A stretch of DNA of 63,326 nucleotides, filler included, from an uncultured Methanosarcinales archaeon (GCA_964385185.1; 9 parts of 9 records of this genome joined end to end with filler, not necessarily neighbours in it), one strand, 5' to 3'. Counted from the whole stretch's first letter, positions 26,885 to 37,148 are shown. The notes: generated from the sequence alone by a model not told the origin. Numbers and translations are program-made.

Positions 26885-28093
26885 TTAACTAAAAAATAAA
26901 GCATCTTTCAATAATCCTGTTAAATGTTCTACCATTTGTTCTGCAAGAGGTATAGTAATCTCTCTTGTCCTACCATATCTTCCTTTTGATATAACTCGGG
27001 CATTTATTATTCCCAACATATCCAATTCTCCTATGACATCAGAAACTCTTCGTTGAGTTAATGGTCGTAAACCAATTTTTGCACATAACTCAGAATACTC
27101 TGAATACACTTCCCCGGTAAAAATGATTTTCCGTTCAGAATCTGCTGTATGAAATATAGAATGTAATACAGCCTGTACTTGTTTGGGTTGTTTGGTAACA
27201 CTTTCAACAACTCTATCTTTTTCAATTTTAGCTTCTGCAACATCTAAATGAGATACACACACTTTGGGCTCGTTATTCCTTTCTGCCAACTCTCCTGCTA
27301 CTCGTAGTAAATCAATAGCACGACGTGCATCACCATGTTCCCGGGCTGCAAAGGCTGCACATTTTTCTACAACTCCTGGCTCAATTTTTCCTTTTCCAAA
27401 CCCTTGTGATGTTCTTTTCCTTAAAATATCTTGAATTTGCAAAGCATTGTAAGGGGCAAATAATAATTCCTCTTCAGATAAAGAACTTTTAACTCGTGGA
27501 TCAATATGGTCAGTAAAAACTAAATCATTACTAATTCCTACAACTGCAATCTGACTATTCTCCAACTCCGCATTGTGTCTTACTAAATTATAAAGTAATT
27601 CATCTCCTGCTTTTTGCACAAGATGATCGATCTCATCTAAAACTAAAATCATATTGGTTTTTGCTTCCTCAAGAGCTGCCAAAAAAATTTTATACACCTC
27701 ATCTGTAGGAAGTCCTGTAGCTGGAATCTCTTTACCTAATTCACGAGAAAGATGTGCAATCAATCGATACTCAGTATCAGTAATTTTTTTTAATTTACAA
27801 TTAACATAACACACATTCAAAGCAACTTCTTGATTTTTGGCAACCTGGACCAAATTTTGAGTCACATGTTTAATACTCACAGTCTTACCTGTACCTGTTT
27901 TACCATAAATAAAAAGATTTGAAGGACGATCTCCTCTCAATACAGGAGCTAGAACTTGTGCAATTTGATTAATTTCTTCATCTCTATGTTCCAACATATC
28001 AGGAATATAATTTGATTGTAATGCTTTCTTAGAAGCAAATAAAGACTCTTTTTTAACATAATCAGTAAAGAACTGATTCAACCCCTTTTCCAT
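26885..28093 (-). CDS. cdc6: Orc1/Cdc6 replication initiator
   Basis: YGKTGTGKT, LDEID, HGDARRAIDLLR, winged-helix SKGRYGRT. Confidence 0.96.
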   Translation of the reverse strand: MEKGLNQFFTDYVKKESLFASKKALQSNYIPDMLEHRDEEINQIAQVLAPVLRGDRPSNLFIYGKTGTGKTVSIKHVTQNLVQVAKNQEVALNVCYVNCKLKKITDTEYRLIAHLSRELGKEIPATGLPTDEVYKIFLAALEEAKTNMILVLDEIDHLVQKAGDELLYNLVRHNAELENSQIAVVGISNDLVFTDHIDPRVKSSLSEEELLFAPYNALQIQDILRKRTSQGFGKGKIEPGVVEKCAAFAAREHGDARRAIDLLRVAGELAERNNEPKVCVSHLDVAEAKIEKDRVVESVTKQPKQVQAVLHSIFHTADSERKIIFTGEVYSEYSELCAKIGLRPLTQRRVSDVIGELDMLGIINARVISKGRYGRTREITIPLAEQMVEHLTGLLKDALFFS

Positions 28094-28099
28094 ATCTTC

Positions 28100-28345
28100 T
28101 CCATAGGAAATACAGGTATTTAAACATTATCAATCTCCAATATATGACACCCCATCATTTCTCATGGAAACTATCCTTATATAATTATATTGATATAATC
28201 TTTATTATTATATTACTATATAGAAAATAATAAAAACAAGTAATAAATTTAAAAAATTAATTTCAAAAAATAAAATCACAAAAACACAATAAAAAAACAA
28301 ACCAACACAACAACCAAATCCCAATCTCCATACGAAACCAAGGGG
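28100..28345. other. Candidate replication origin (oriC): ORB elements flanking an AT-rich unwinding region
   Basis: TCCATAGGAAATACAGG (+,28100-28116), TCCATGAGAAATGATGGGGTGTC (-,28146-28168), TCCATACGAAACCAAGGGG (+,28327-28345) resemble the ORB consensus TCCA-N3-GAAA-N3-4-GGGG; very AT-rich 28175-28275; next to cdc6-polD. Confidence 0.8.
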
Positions 28346-28533
28346 ACACCCACACAAATCTCTTCTTAACCTTCATTTCCTTTACAAAATTTCCCAAAAC
28401 TTCAAACATACCAATACAACAAAAAATACCTATCCAAAACTAAAATAGATACCAGAATATCTATGTTTTTGTTACTATACAATAACAAAAAAAGGCAAAC
28501 ACTTATAAAGCATGTTCCCTTCCCAAATATAAG

Positions 28534-29325
28534 ATGATTGTACAACAAGATTTTTTGAACAAACTAAGAGATTTTGGATTAAATTCCTATGAATCAAAAC
28601 TTTGGGCTGCTCTATTAAGTAGAGGAATCTCAACAGCAGGAGAATTATCAGATATAGCTAATGTTCCAAGATCAAGAACATATGACGTTCTAGAATCATT
28701 AGAGAAGAAAGGATTTATTATCATGAAATTGGGAAAACCAATTAAATATATTGCAGTACCTCCATCTGAAGTATTAGAGAGAGTAAAAAAGAAAGTAGAA
28801 GAAGATGCTCAAACAAAAGCAGACATGTTAGATAACATAAAAAATGACGATATTCTAAAAGAATTAAATATATTACATAAAAACGGAATAGACCTTGTAG
28901 AACCAACTGAATTATCAGGTTTTATCAAAGGTGCAGATAACCTCTACAACCATTTTGAATTTATTATCAAGAATGCAGTTGAGTCAATCGATATTATGAC
29001 AACATCACCTGGATTAATTAAGAAAGCAGACAAATTACAATCATTATTAAAATCAGCTTCCGATAAAGGAGTAAAAATTCGAATAATTTCACCAACTAAA
29101 AAAACAGATCCAATCCTAAAATCCTTTGCAGATTCTGCAGAAGTTAAAACTACTGAAGATGTTACAGGAAGAATTTTTCTCGTCGACAAAAAACATGTTA
29201 CATTCATGTTATTAAACAACGAAGAAATTCATGATAGCTATGATACAGCTATCTGGGTAAACACAGAATTTTTTTCAACTACAATGACATCATTGTTTGA
29301 AAAAACTTGGAAATCAGCTAAATAA
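28534..29325 (+). CDS. TrmB-family transcriptional regulator/chromatin protein
   Basis: FGLNSYESK, VPRSRTYDVLESLEKKGF, GKPIKY winged helix. Confidence 0.9.
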   Translation: MIVQQDFLNKLRDFGLNSYESKLWAALLSRGISTAGELSDIANVPRSRTYDVLESLEKKGFIIMKLGKPIKYIAVPPSEVLERVKKKVEEDAQTKADMLDNIKNDDILKELNILHKNGIDLVEPTELSGFIKGADNLYNHFEFIIKNAVESIDIMTTSPGLIKKADKLQSLLKSASDKGVKIRIISPTKKTDPILKSFADSAEVKTTEDVTGRIFLVDKKHVTFMLLNNEEIHDSYDTAIWVNTEFFSTTMTSLFEKTWKSAK

Positions 29326-29435
29326 ATTCAAATTCTTTTGCTAAATTTCATATTTACACATAAATATTTTCTTTAGAAACATTTATATACTACCATAACC
29401 AAAATAGATACATTCCAACATATATATTATGAGAG

Positions 29436-29675
29436 GTGGAGTACATGGTTTTAGATGTAACACAAGTCACATTAGCGGTAATCATTGGTGTTCTAGCTGC
29501 AATAGTATATAGTCTCCGAGTTTTAGTGCTTATGGAGAGACGTGTTGCACGAATCGAATTACATATTGAAAAATTAGCAGAGAAAATGGTTCGTGAAGAA
29601 ATGAAGATCGAACGAAAATTAAGTTCAAGAAAACCTGCTAAAAAATCCAAAAAGAAGTCTAAAAAGAGAAAATAA
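29436..29675 (+). CDS. Small single-TM protein with basic tail
   Basis: IIGVLAAIVYSLRVLVLMERR; Lys-rich C-terminus; start may be ATG at 29445. Confidence 0.7.
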   Translation: MEYMVLDVTQVTLAVIIGVLAAIVYSLRVLVLMERRVARIELHIEKLAEKMVREEMKIERKLSSRKPAKKSKKKSKKRK

Positions 29676-30350
29676 TTATTTCTTTTTCTTTGCTTTAACT
29701 TTCTTAACTGTTTTAACTTTCTTCTTAACACTTTTTGATTTCTTAGGTTTAGAAGATTTTTTCTTCTTAGTAGGAGATTTCTTCTTAACTATAACTTCTA
29801 CTTCTTCATCACTTTCTTCTAACTCTTTGTCAGCCAATTCTTTATCTGCAAGTGCTTTTGCAGCTTCTAATTCATCAATTTCACTTTGAATCTTCCCAAT
29901 TACTTCAGTATTTTCATCTAAAGATAATAATTGACTACACTCTACACATTTGAATTCAAAATTAGTAGCCTGCTCAAAATCTAATCTCATACATCGTTCT
30001 GGACAAATAAAGAATTGACCAGATTGCTCTCTCTTAAGCCGCTCTCTAAGATTTTCTAACCTCTTCTTCCGTAGAGTACCAAATAAGTGTCCAACAGTTT
30101 TAGGGTTAAATGTCCAGTAATAGATATACCATCCTTTTTTCTTGTCTTTTTTACGAATAAAACTAACCAAATTATTATGATATAATCTATACAACATATT
30201 TCGAGTAAAATTAACCTCTTCCTTTAAACTTTCAGCAATTTTAAACTCAGAAATGTTCTTCTTATCTTTGAGATACTTAACTAGAGGAAGTGTATCCTCT
30301 CCTGCCACTTCTGTGACTACACCTTCAATTATCTTGCTTGATATTCTCAT
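29676..30350 (-). CDS. tfe: Transcription initiation factor E alpha
   Basis: RNMLYRL, KKKGWYIYYW, CPERC...FEFKCVEC zinc ribbon. Confidence 0.9.
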   Translation of the reverse strand: MRISSKIIEGVVTEVAGEDTLPLVKYLKDKKNISEFKIAESLKEEVNFTRNMLYRLYHNNLVSFIRKKDKKKGWYIYYWTFNPKTVGHLFGTLRKKRLENLRERLKREQSGQFFICPERCMRLDFEQATNFEFKCVECSQLLSLDENTEVIGKIQSEIDELEAAKALADKELADKELEESDEEVEVIVKKKSPTKKKKSSKPKKSKSVKKKVKTVKKVKAKKKK

Positions 30351-30569
30351 TCTACCCCACTAGTATCTACATTGAGTAGTAATGTTTATAAAACTTTGCA
30401 TTCCACTCCAAGGCTATATAGACCATATTTAGCGAAAAGAAGATATTATTAGCCTTTAAATTACTAAATACTATATATATAGGTAATAAAACCAATATTA
30501 AAGCAATATAAACCCTTTATAGACAAAAAGAAGGAATTATCTAAGTTTGTTTACTACTATTCAATGAAC

Positions 30570-30962
30570 CTAGAAGAAAACACTAAATTCATCAAGAGTA
30601 TATCCTTTTTTGCCCATATCTTTCACATTTGCAGCATAATGGTGCTCAGTTTTCTCCAAACTTTCTACATTCAATACAATCCACCCTACTCGATTAAATT
30701 TAATCGCAACATAGGGCTTTCCCCCAAACAACACACTAAAGTGTAATAAATCTTTAATCTCTTCTGGGGTAAAGTATTGCTGTTTTTCTTTAGTTACCTT
30801 CACCTCAATTAATGCTTTATGACCCTCTGAGCCAATAATAAGGTCTGGAGCTGGATATTTCATACTCCCACTTCCAGCTACCCTAATACAAGGAATCTCT
30901 TTGCTCCAGAAATAATGAACCAACTCCCTCTCAGCATTAATCCCTTTACTCTTCAAACTCAT
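30570..30962 (-). CDS. hjc: Holliday junction resolvase Hjc
   Basis: KGINAERELV, RVAGSG, PDLI, IEVK; start placed at MSLKSKG. Confidence 0.92.
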   Translation of the reverse strand: MSLKSKGINAERELVHYFWSKEIPCIRVAGSGSMKYPAPDLIIGSEGHKALIEVKVTKEKQQYFTPEEIKDLLHFSVLFGGKPYVAIKFNRVGWIVLNVESLEKTEHHYAANVKDMGKKGYTLDEFSVFF

Positions 30963-31016
30963 AATCATCCATAGACTTCTCCAATTATAAAGATTGTGGA
31001 GAGTAAGGTGTAATAA

Positions 31017-31103
31017 GTTGTTGGCTTGAGTCCTTGCATCTCGGCTAATGGTTCCGAGATGCAGAAGGGCTGGTGCTCTGTGAGCACCTCCAAAGCCAGC
31101 AGC
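31017..31103 (+). repeat. Structured intergenic element C (three-way junction)
   Basis: P1 GTTGTTGGCTT/AAGCCAGCAGC; P2 GTCCTT-GCATCTCGG...CCGAGATGC-AG-AAGGGC; P3 GGTGCTC-TGT-GAGCACC. Confidence 0.8.
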
Positions 31104-31173
31104 ACCAGATAAGATCAATACACAAAAATTCTTAACCAATACCTTTAAATAAATTAATTCCAAAAATATTCCT

Positions 31174-31386
31174 ATGTCAGAAAGAATAGTTCCTCTAGCA
31201 GCAATGGAAAAAATTATCAAAAATGCAGGAGCTGAAAGAGTATCAGACCCTTCTAAAGTTGCATTAAAAGAAGTGGTAGAACTATTCGCAGAGAAAATAG
31301 CTTCTCAAGCAGTTAAACTTTCACATCATGCAGGTAGAAAAACGGTCAAAGCAGACGATATTAAATTAGCAGCACGTTCAGAATAA
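31174..31386 (+). CDS. Archaeal histone (HMfA/B-like)
   Basis: PLAAMEKIIKNAGAERVS...HAGRKTVKADDIKLA. Confidence 0.95.
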   Translation: MSERIVPLAAMEKIIKNAGAERVSDPSKVALKEVVELFAEKIASQAVKLSHHAGRKTVKADDIKLAARSE

Positions 31387-31389
31387 TTT

Positions 31390-32107
31390 CTAAATTTCAA
31401 CATGTAACAAATCTTCACCAGCTTTACTCTTACTAAAAGTCTTCTTAGCCTCCCCTTCAAGAACTTTAGCATCTTTATACCGAGCACTAAAATGAGTTAA
31501 AAATAATCTTCCTGCTTTTCCTTTCTTAGCAACAGTAGCTGCTTGCTCAGCAGTCATATGCCTATACTTTTTAGCCTTCACTTCAAGATCAGATAAATAG
31601 GTAGCTTCACACACAACCACATCAGCATCCTTTGCCAACTTTACCATCTCATCACAATACATAGAGTCCATAATAATAGTAATCGTCTTTCCTTCTTCAA
31701 TTTCCCCAATATCTTTAGGCTTAATGGTCTTCCCATCAATTTTAACTGTCTTTCCAGCAACTAACTTCCCAATATGAGGTCCAGGTTTTAACGTCATCTT
31801 CTTCATTTTAGCTTTCGATACACGTAATCGATCAGGTGCCGAAATACGATATCCTTGAGTAGGTTTGGTATGTCTTAAACTTCGAGTTTCAATGACCAAT
31901 TCATCACTTCGAAATACAAAACCACTAGTAACTTCTTTAATGGTTAATGTATATCCAATCCGAATGTTAAATAATTTCAAAAGATCAGCAATAAATTTCT
32001 TAATTCCAGGTGGACCATACACAAGTAACTCTTCATTATAATCCTCTGCATCCAGACTCTGCAATAATCCCCCTAATCCTAAAACATGGTCTCCATCTAA
32101 ATGACTA
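31390..32107 (-). CDS. rnz: Ribonuclease Z, C-terminal part (cut by contig end)
   Basis: H-x-D-G-D-H-x-LGL at the contig edge, PGP flexible arm, EATY, RHMT, LTHFSARY. Confidence 0.92.
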
Positions 32108-32207
32108 NNNNNNNNNNNNNNNNNNNNNNNNNNNNNNNNNNNNNNNNNNNNTTAATTAATTAANNNNNNNNNNNNNNNNNNNNNNNNNNNNNNNNNNNNN
32201 NNNNNNN
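32108..32207. other. Artificial contig linker
   Basis: N44-TTAATTAATTAA-N44. Confidence 0.98.
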
Positions 32208-32496
32208 CTTCTACTATATATATTTCAGAAACATATCCTACCTTCTTTAAGAATGGCTCTCTTTCATTAATTTCAACCTGTAAATAACCAAGACAGTTAT
32301 TATTCTCAAAAGCTAAAAAAATTCTTTTAGAATCATCCTTGATAAATTTAATTGTCCGTTGGAGATGCTTCTCTGACTTAAACCAGCTTTCATCTATTGT
32401 GTCAATAGGGTCAATTTTATCCCATTTCCTGAAAAGAGAAAGCTCAAAATCCATAATAATCTTGGCATCTTTCTCTTTAGCAATTTTTATTTCCAT
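32208..32496 (-). CDS. GNAT acetyltransferase, N-terminal part (cut by contig end)
   Basis: MEIKIA..KD, IFLAFENNNCLGY, GYVSEIYIV. Confidence 0.7.
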
Positions 32497-32562
32497 ACAT
32501 ATACTAAATACTTTATCATATATAAATCCCAACCATTTTTACAGGAAGTAGTAGATGATACC

Positions 32563-32889
32563 TTGCTGAACTTCTCTGTGTTTGTGGGTCGTGAGATTGA
32601 ACAGGAAGAAGCATTTCCAGTCATTGATTTGGGAGATGAAGCTGTTATCTTAATGATTGACCAGGAATTTACCATCAAAGTAGATAATAAACAACATGAA
32701 GTTCATGAGTTTGTTTCTAGCATACCTACCAAGATGAAACAATTTATGGAAGAAAGAGATGAATTGTTAGCGGGTGAAGACTTGGAGTTGAATAAACTCT
32801 ATGGCAAAGATGCTAAGATTTATGGAAAAGATGGACATTCTATAATAGAATTAAATAAAGAGGGAGAAAAGTTTTTGTTTGTGAGATAA
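32563..32889 (+). CDS. Hypothetical protein, possibly a 5'-truncated fragment
   Basis: Coding-like acidic frame with no convincing start or SD. Confidence 0.4.
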   Translation: MLNFSVFVGREIEQEEAFPVIDLGDEAVILMIDQEFTIKVDNKQHEVHEFVSSIPTKMKQFMEERDELLAGEDLELNKLYGKDAKIYGKDGHSIIELNKEGEKFLFVR

Positions 32890-33081
32890 TCCCCAATTTC
32901 CGGAAATCTTTCTGTTCCCACCGGAAATCTTCCAGCCCTTTATAAAGGAATTATATAAATTTCCGAAATTTTATAAAATTTAAAGAAATCTTTATAAAGG
33001 AATCCTGATTTTATCACTTTATAATAGTAAAATACTTAAAGGTGCAAAAAAAGATGAAACTAGAGGTGATGAGGTCAATGA

Positions 33082-34023
33082 ATGACAATCAACCTAGAAT
33101 CAAGGATGCACAGCATAGATACTGCCTCAAAAGCAGTATTTGGCTTAGAACTACCTCTAAATAATACAACTGTTTGGTTACAAGACAGATTAAGTTTTCG
33201 AAGGGAAAGACAGACAGCTATGTTAAATTGTGTTAATACTTTAAGATTTGCATCCAATCACCACATAACGAAATTTCTAGATGGTATCATGGAAATTACA
33301 GGAGAACATCATGTTTCTTGGAAAGAAAATCAACTGTGGCATGAAATTAACATTGCCGATAGAAGATATCTATGTTTGTCAGGAAAACACATAGAGGAAT
33401 ATGAAGTACTTGCCCATGAATTAGGTCATGCAATACATGAACAAGAAAGAACAATAGGAAATGTAGAAAGCGAGCATAGAATGAATATGGCAAAGCATAT
33501 GGCTAAAACAAATGAGCTTTTTACTGATTTAAGAGATAACCTCATAGAGCAAGAGAAAATCTCTACCGCTGTTAGAATTCATAGTTCTTTGGGTGGTAAC
33601 GTTCCTTTTTATGAATCATTACGTACTCGTATGCAGGCAAAGCCATCTTACTCTGAGAGATTCAAGGAAAAATTAGGAATATTTCCAGCTGTCCAACAAA
33701 AAGCAGTTACAGAAAGGCTAAGGAGAGAAAAAGTAGCTCAAACTCTCACTGCCTTAATCGAGCTAGCACCAGAAGTGGATGCCTCATTCCAGCAATATCT
33801 TGCATCAAAGTCAACGACACTGCTGCAAAGAGAAGGGTGGGCAACGTATTTTTCCATGAAAGTCCTAGATCATATTTATAGAGACAATCCAAAAGCATTA
33901 GAAGTTGTTGATCAAATGAAGAGTAGTCTCACAGCCAAAGATGATGAATACGGTCAAGGTTATAGAATGATGACAGCTCAGCCAAGCATACAAGCGGCAA
34001 AAGCAATGGTGAATATCAAATGA
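33082..34023 (+). CDS. Putative zinc metallopeptidase (HExxH...E)
   Basis: VLAHELGHAIHE plus distal REGWATY gluzincin-like third ligand; GAGGTGA SD. Confidence 0.7.
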   Translation: MTINLESRMHSIDTASKAVFGLELPLNNTTVWLQDRLSFRRERQTAMLNCVNTLRFASNHHITKFLDGIMEITGEHHVSWKENQLWHEINIADRRYLCLSGKHIEEYEVLAHELGHAIHEQERTIGNVESEHRMNMAKHMAKTNELFTDLRDNLIEQEKISTAVRIHSSLGGNVPFYESLRTRMQAKPSYSERFKEKLGIFPAVQQKAVTERLRREKVAQTLTALIELAPEVDASFQQYLASKSTTLLQREGWATYFSMKVLDHIYRDNPKALEVVDQMKSSLTAKDDEYGQGYRMMTAQPSIQAAKAMVNIK

Positions 34024-34181
34024 ACAGACCAACTGGAACAATAGCCATCTGTAAGAAAAAACTATCTGTATTGAAAGGAATGTGTATAGTAAAAGGATAT
34101 CCAACTGTACGAGAATACATTGAATTAAAAATTGATGACGATCTAAGATCCTTTAAAAAACAGATGCGAATGCTGAAATGA
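34020..34181 (+). CDS. Small hypothetical, possibly RHH-like protein (53 aa, not in ORF track)
   Basis: ATGA overlap with the peptidase stop; MNRPTGTIAICKKKLSVLKGMCIVKGYPTVREYIELKIDDDLRSFKKQMRMLK. Confidence 0.5.
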   Translation: MNRPTGTIAICKKKLSVLKGMCIVKGYPTVREYIELKIDDDLRSFKKQMRMLK

Positions 34182-34349
34182 TGAAATGCTGACTTGCTGA
34201 CTTCAGCAAATCCTAAAACAGACATACTTATATTCTTCTCCAGCATACCTTGGTTATGAACGCCAATGAGCAAAGAATTATCCAAAATTGGGATAAGATA
34301 AACCCAGATAGACAAAAACTTTTGCGATTGGTAGGAATTTCTCCTGAAC

Positions 34350-34487
34350 ATGGGAAAAAGGAAAATATCTTTGAGGATTGAATATCCACTGTATTGGCAG
34401 CTAAAGGAAGAGTCAGATCGTACTGGACGAACCTTATCTGAAGTAGCTGAGTTTAGAATTAAAAATTCTCAGGTCTGTCCTGAGTAG
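34350..34487 (+). CDS. Ribbon-helix-helix protein (45 aa, not in ORF track)
   Basis: MGKRKISLRIEYPLYWQLKEESDRTGRTLSEVAEFRIKNSQVCPE fits the CopG/Arc pattern. Confidence 0.7.
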   Translation: MGKRKISLRIEYPLYWQLKEESDRTGRTLSEVAEFRIKNSQVCPE

Positions 34488-34590
34488 ATCTCTCTGCATA
34501 GTAAAGTTAATATAGTTGTACTTCCAAGAATTGCTAGGATCATACCAACAATCAAAATTCTGTATCCGTAGGGGTACAAAAGGTATTGTC

Positions 34591-34604
34591 TCCCGGCGGG
34601 GGCA
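34591..34604 (+). mobile_element. tRNA 3'-end remnant, candidate att site
   Basis: TCCCGGCGGGGGCA reads as T-stem 3' strand plus acceptor 3' strand plus discriminator A (tRNA-Glu-like); no tRNA body upstream. Confidence 0.5.
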
Positions 34605-34644
34605 TTCTATCTCTTATAGTATATTATTCCAACTCAAACTCATA

Positions 34645-35979
34645 TCAAAACTCATCTCTTAAGATAGACTCTTTTTGTTCCCAAAAAGGTTGAACATGAC
34701 AAGGTCTATTAGACATCAAATAGCCATGTGCAACTTTATGTAATGTGTAAAAACGAGCAGTACTTCCTACAACTCCAATGATCCCTTCTGGTTGAGAAGA
34801 AGTATCAGATGATTCCCTAAATTTTGTGTAACTTAAATGAATAGGAATATCAAAAACTTTCATATTAATATCCTGTCCGGGAGTAAGTGTCTTAATGACA
34901 ATACCAACTGTGTCCTCTTGGACCCCTTGAGCCTTCACAGTCCACAAACCAGGATATTCTAGATGTTGATATGCTAAATTAGTTTTAGAATCCTTTGGAC
35001 GAACCACAAAATTAGACCCTTTTAATTCTGTCATGAGGGGTTGTTTATAATATTGAGATCCTACAGGGACTCTAACATGATTCAAAGTGCCATTATTTTC
35101 ATTTATTACTAAATCACCTTGTTTGTTAGCTTTACCTACCAAATTGCCTGAAATAATTAAAACATGTTTTTTATCGAAAGCAAAAGGTTCTCTTGCCCAG
35201 TAATTTGCAACATAATCTAATGCAAATTCAATATAATTTCCCAAATTGAAAGAGGCCCTATTCATTTCAAAATCCTCAATACATCTTTCAAATAAATCTG
35301 CATCAGCTTCTTTTTTTCGTTTTTGAGCCGTAGAAAAGGTATCCAGTCTATTTCCCATCAAATCAAAGTAATGTGTGAAAGGTCTACCAAATCTATCCCT
35401 CCAAAATTGAATGATAATATTTTCATTTGCATGGTCTCTTCCAAATCCTATTGATTTATTCTGAAATCGCAAAATACCATTTTTGTGGATTTTCTTTAAA
35501 GCAATTCCATCAACATAATTTGACCAAGAAGAAACAAAATTTTTAGCTTCAAAAAAAGTTCCCTTGGGGGTATGTGTATGAGGTAAAGCAGACCCATCAA
35601 TACGGTATTCGATATTAATACGATTGCCATCTACAAGTGTATAATTAATTTGTGCCTGTGGGTCTCGAACTTGAGATCTAGGCATTGAAACAATATGTAT
35701 TTTCTGTCCAAGATCATTAAGATGAAAGTTAAATGCAGGATATGTTGACTCAGTTACAGGCTTACCTTCAACAGTGAGACTACGTTCCCCAAATAGAGGA
35801 AGAATTAATTTTGACTCCCCTTTTTGCAATTTTCCTATCAAATGCTCAATCCCTCCAATCACTGCAGATCTAAGCTGGGGTTGAAGAGACATACGGGTTG
35901 TAATTTTATGTGCTAAAGACTCTCTAATCTCTGCATCTTGTAATTCCTTAATTCTCTCATCAAAATTGTATGTATTCAT
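34645..35979 (-). CDS. Hypothetical protein
   Basis: 444-aa ORF; no motif recognised. Confidence 0.7.
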   Translation of the reverse strand: MNTYNFDERIKELQDAEIRESLAHKITTRMSLQPQLRSAVIGGIEHLIGKLQKGESKLILPLFGERSLTVEGKPVTESTYPAFNFHLNDLGQKIHIVSMPRSQVRDPQAQINYTLVDGNRINIEYRIDGSALPHTHTPKGTFFEAKNFVSSWSNYVDGIALKKIHKNGILRFQNKSIGFGRDHANENIIIQFWRDRFGRPFTHYFDLMGNRLDTFSTAQKRKKEADADLFERCIEDFEMNRASFNLGNYIEFALDYVANYWAREPFAFDKKHVLIISGNLVGKANKQGDLVINENNGTLNHVRVPVGSQYYKQPLMTELKGSNFVVRPKDSKTNLAYQHLEYPGLWTVKAQGVQEDTVGIVIKTLTPGQDINMKVFDIPIHLSYTKFRESSDTSSQPEGIIGVVGSTARFYTLHKVAHGYLMSNRPCHVQPFWEQKESILRDEF

Positions 35980-36106
35980 CGCCTTGAAAAAGCAACTCCG
36001 CTATATAAATGTAGGCTCAGTCAAAACATCCCTCTTACGAAATCTGTATTCCTCCATATAAATCCTTATAAACAATTTCTCATTACTCTTAACTGGGGGT
36101 AACTGG

Positions 36107-36610
36107 ATGAATAAATTAATACTAGCAGTCATAATTTTCTTTTTAGGATGGATAGGTTCTTCAGTAGCAGCTTCAATAACCATCCCTCCTTTAAACTCAG
36201 GGACTGAACAACCATTCTTAGAAAACATCCTCTCTTTCGCACCAGAAAGACCTTCTCCCTCTAATTGGATTAAAGAATCACAAATTCATGTCACAAAAAA
36301 CAAGGTGACATTAGATTTAAGAGATGCAGAATGGGCCACATTTACAGATACAAACTCCATGGATCCCATCATTGACCAAGGAGCCAATGCAATAGAGATT
36401 GTCCCAGATAATCCCTCCCAACTCAAAGAAGGAGATATCATTTCATACAAATCAAAGTATGCAGAAGGAACCATCATCCATAGAATTGTAGAAATTAATA
36501 ATGACAATGAATGGTATGCAAGAGTTAAAGGTGACAATCTAGACTTTCAAGACCCTGGAAAAGTAAGATTTGACCAAATTCAAAGAGTCGTGGTAGGGAT
36601 ACTATACTGA
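36107..36610 (+). CDS. Signal peptidase I-like (S26, Ser-His type) protein
   Basis: TNSMDP (Ser), GDIISY, IIHRIV (His), KGDN. Confidence 0.8.
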   Translation: MNKLILAVIIFFLGWIGSSVAASITIPPLNSGTEQPFLENILSFAPERPSPSNWIKESQIHVTKNKVTLDLRDAEWATFTDTNSMDPIIDQGANAIEIVPDNPSQLKEGDIISYKSKYAEGTIIHRIVEINNDNEWYARVKGDNLDFQDPGKVRFDQIQRVVVGILY

Positions 36611-36786
36611 TGTCTAAAGATATTGAGCAAGCTATAATTGATGAAGAAACTACTCCAGATACTATTGAAGAACCTGCCTCAGAAGCAATCATAATCGATG
36701 AAGAGCATCAATATGAAGATCCCATCTCAAAAGAATACAAGAGAGATATGCAAAACTGGCTAGGAGTCCAAAAACGAGAAGATTAA
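36610..36786 (+). CDS. Small acidic hypothetical protein (58 aa, not in ORF track)
   Basis: TGATG overlap with the upstream stop; MSKDIEQAIIDEETTPDTIEEPASEAIIIDEE... Confidence 0.5.
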   Translation: MSKDIEQAIIDEETTPDTIEEPASEAIIIDEEHQYEDPISKEYKRDMQNWLGVQKRED

Positions 36787-36812
36787 TAAATTAAAGAGAA
36801 TTTCTAAAAAAG

Positions 36813-37148
36813 ATGATAGAACGATTAAGAGAAGCATACAAAACGGGAATGGATAAAGTTAATGATAAATCTTTAGAGTTATTTGTTAAGGGTTCTTCAT
36901 TGGGTATTGCACCCATTGAAATTGAAATGGAGTATTCTCCTGAGCAATCTTATTTAGATACTCCCCTTGACACTTCAAACCTAAGTGGGCCTATTATTTT
37001 TGGAACATTAGCAACATTATTACTTCCATTATGTTATATTTCACATAGAATATATAGAGAAACAAACAATAAAGACTTCAAATATACAAGGAACGGAATT
37101 GGCCTTACTTCTCTAGCTACAATGGGTCTTGCCATCTATCTTTCATAA
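36813..37148 (+). CDS. Hypothetical membrane protein
   Basis: 111 aa, two C-terminal hydrophobic segments. Confidence 0.55.
   Translation: MIERLREAYKTGMDKVNDKSLELFVKGSSLGIAPIEIEMEYSPEQSYLDTPLDTSNLSGPIIFGTLATLLLPLCYISHRIYRETNNKDFKYTRNGIGLTSLATMGLAIYLS

Noticed and set aside
30963..31220. 85-aa N-terminal extension of Hjc in the ORF track
   Set aside because: It runs through structured element C and the histone gene start; Hjc homology begins at MSLKSKG (30962).
34530..34604. Complete tRNA gene
   Set aside because: Only the last 14 nt are tRNA-like; there is no TTCRA loop or complementary 5' acceptor strand upstream.
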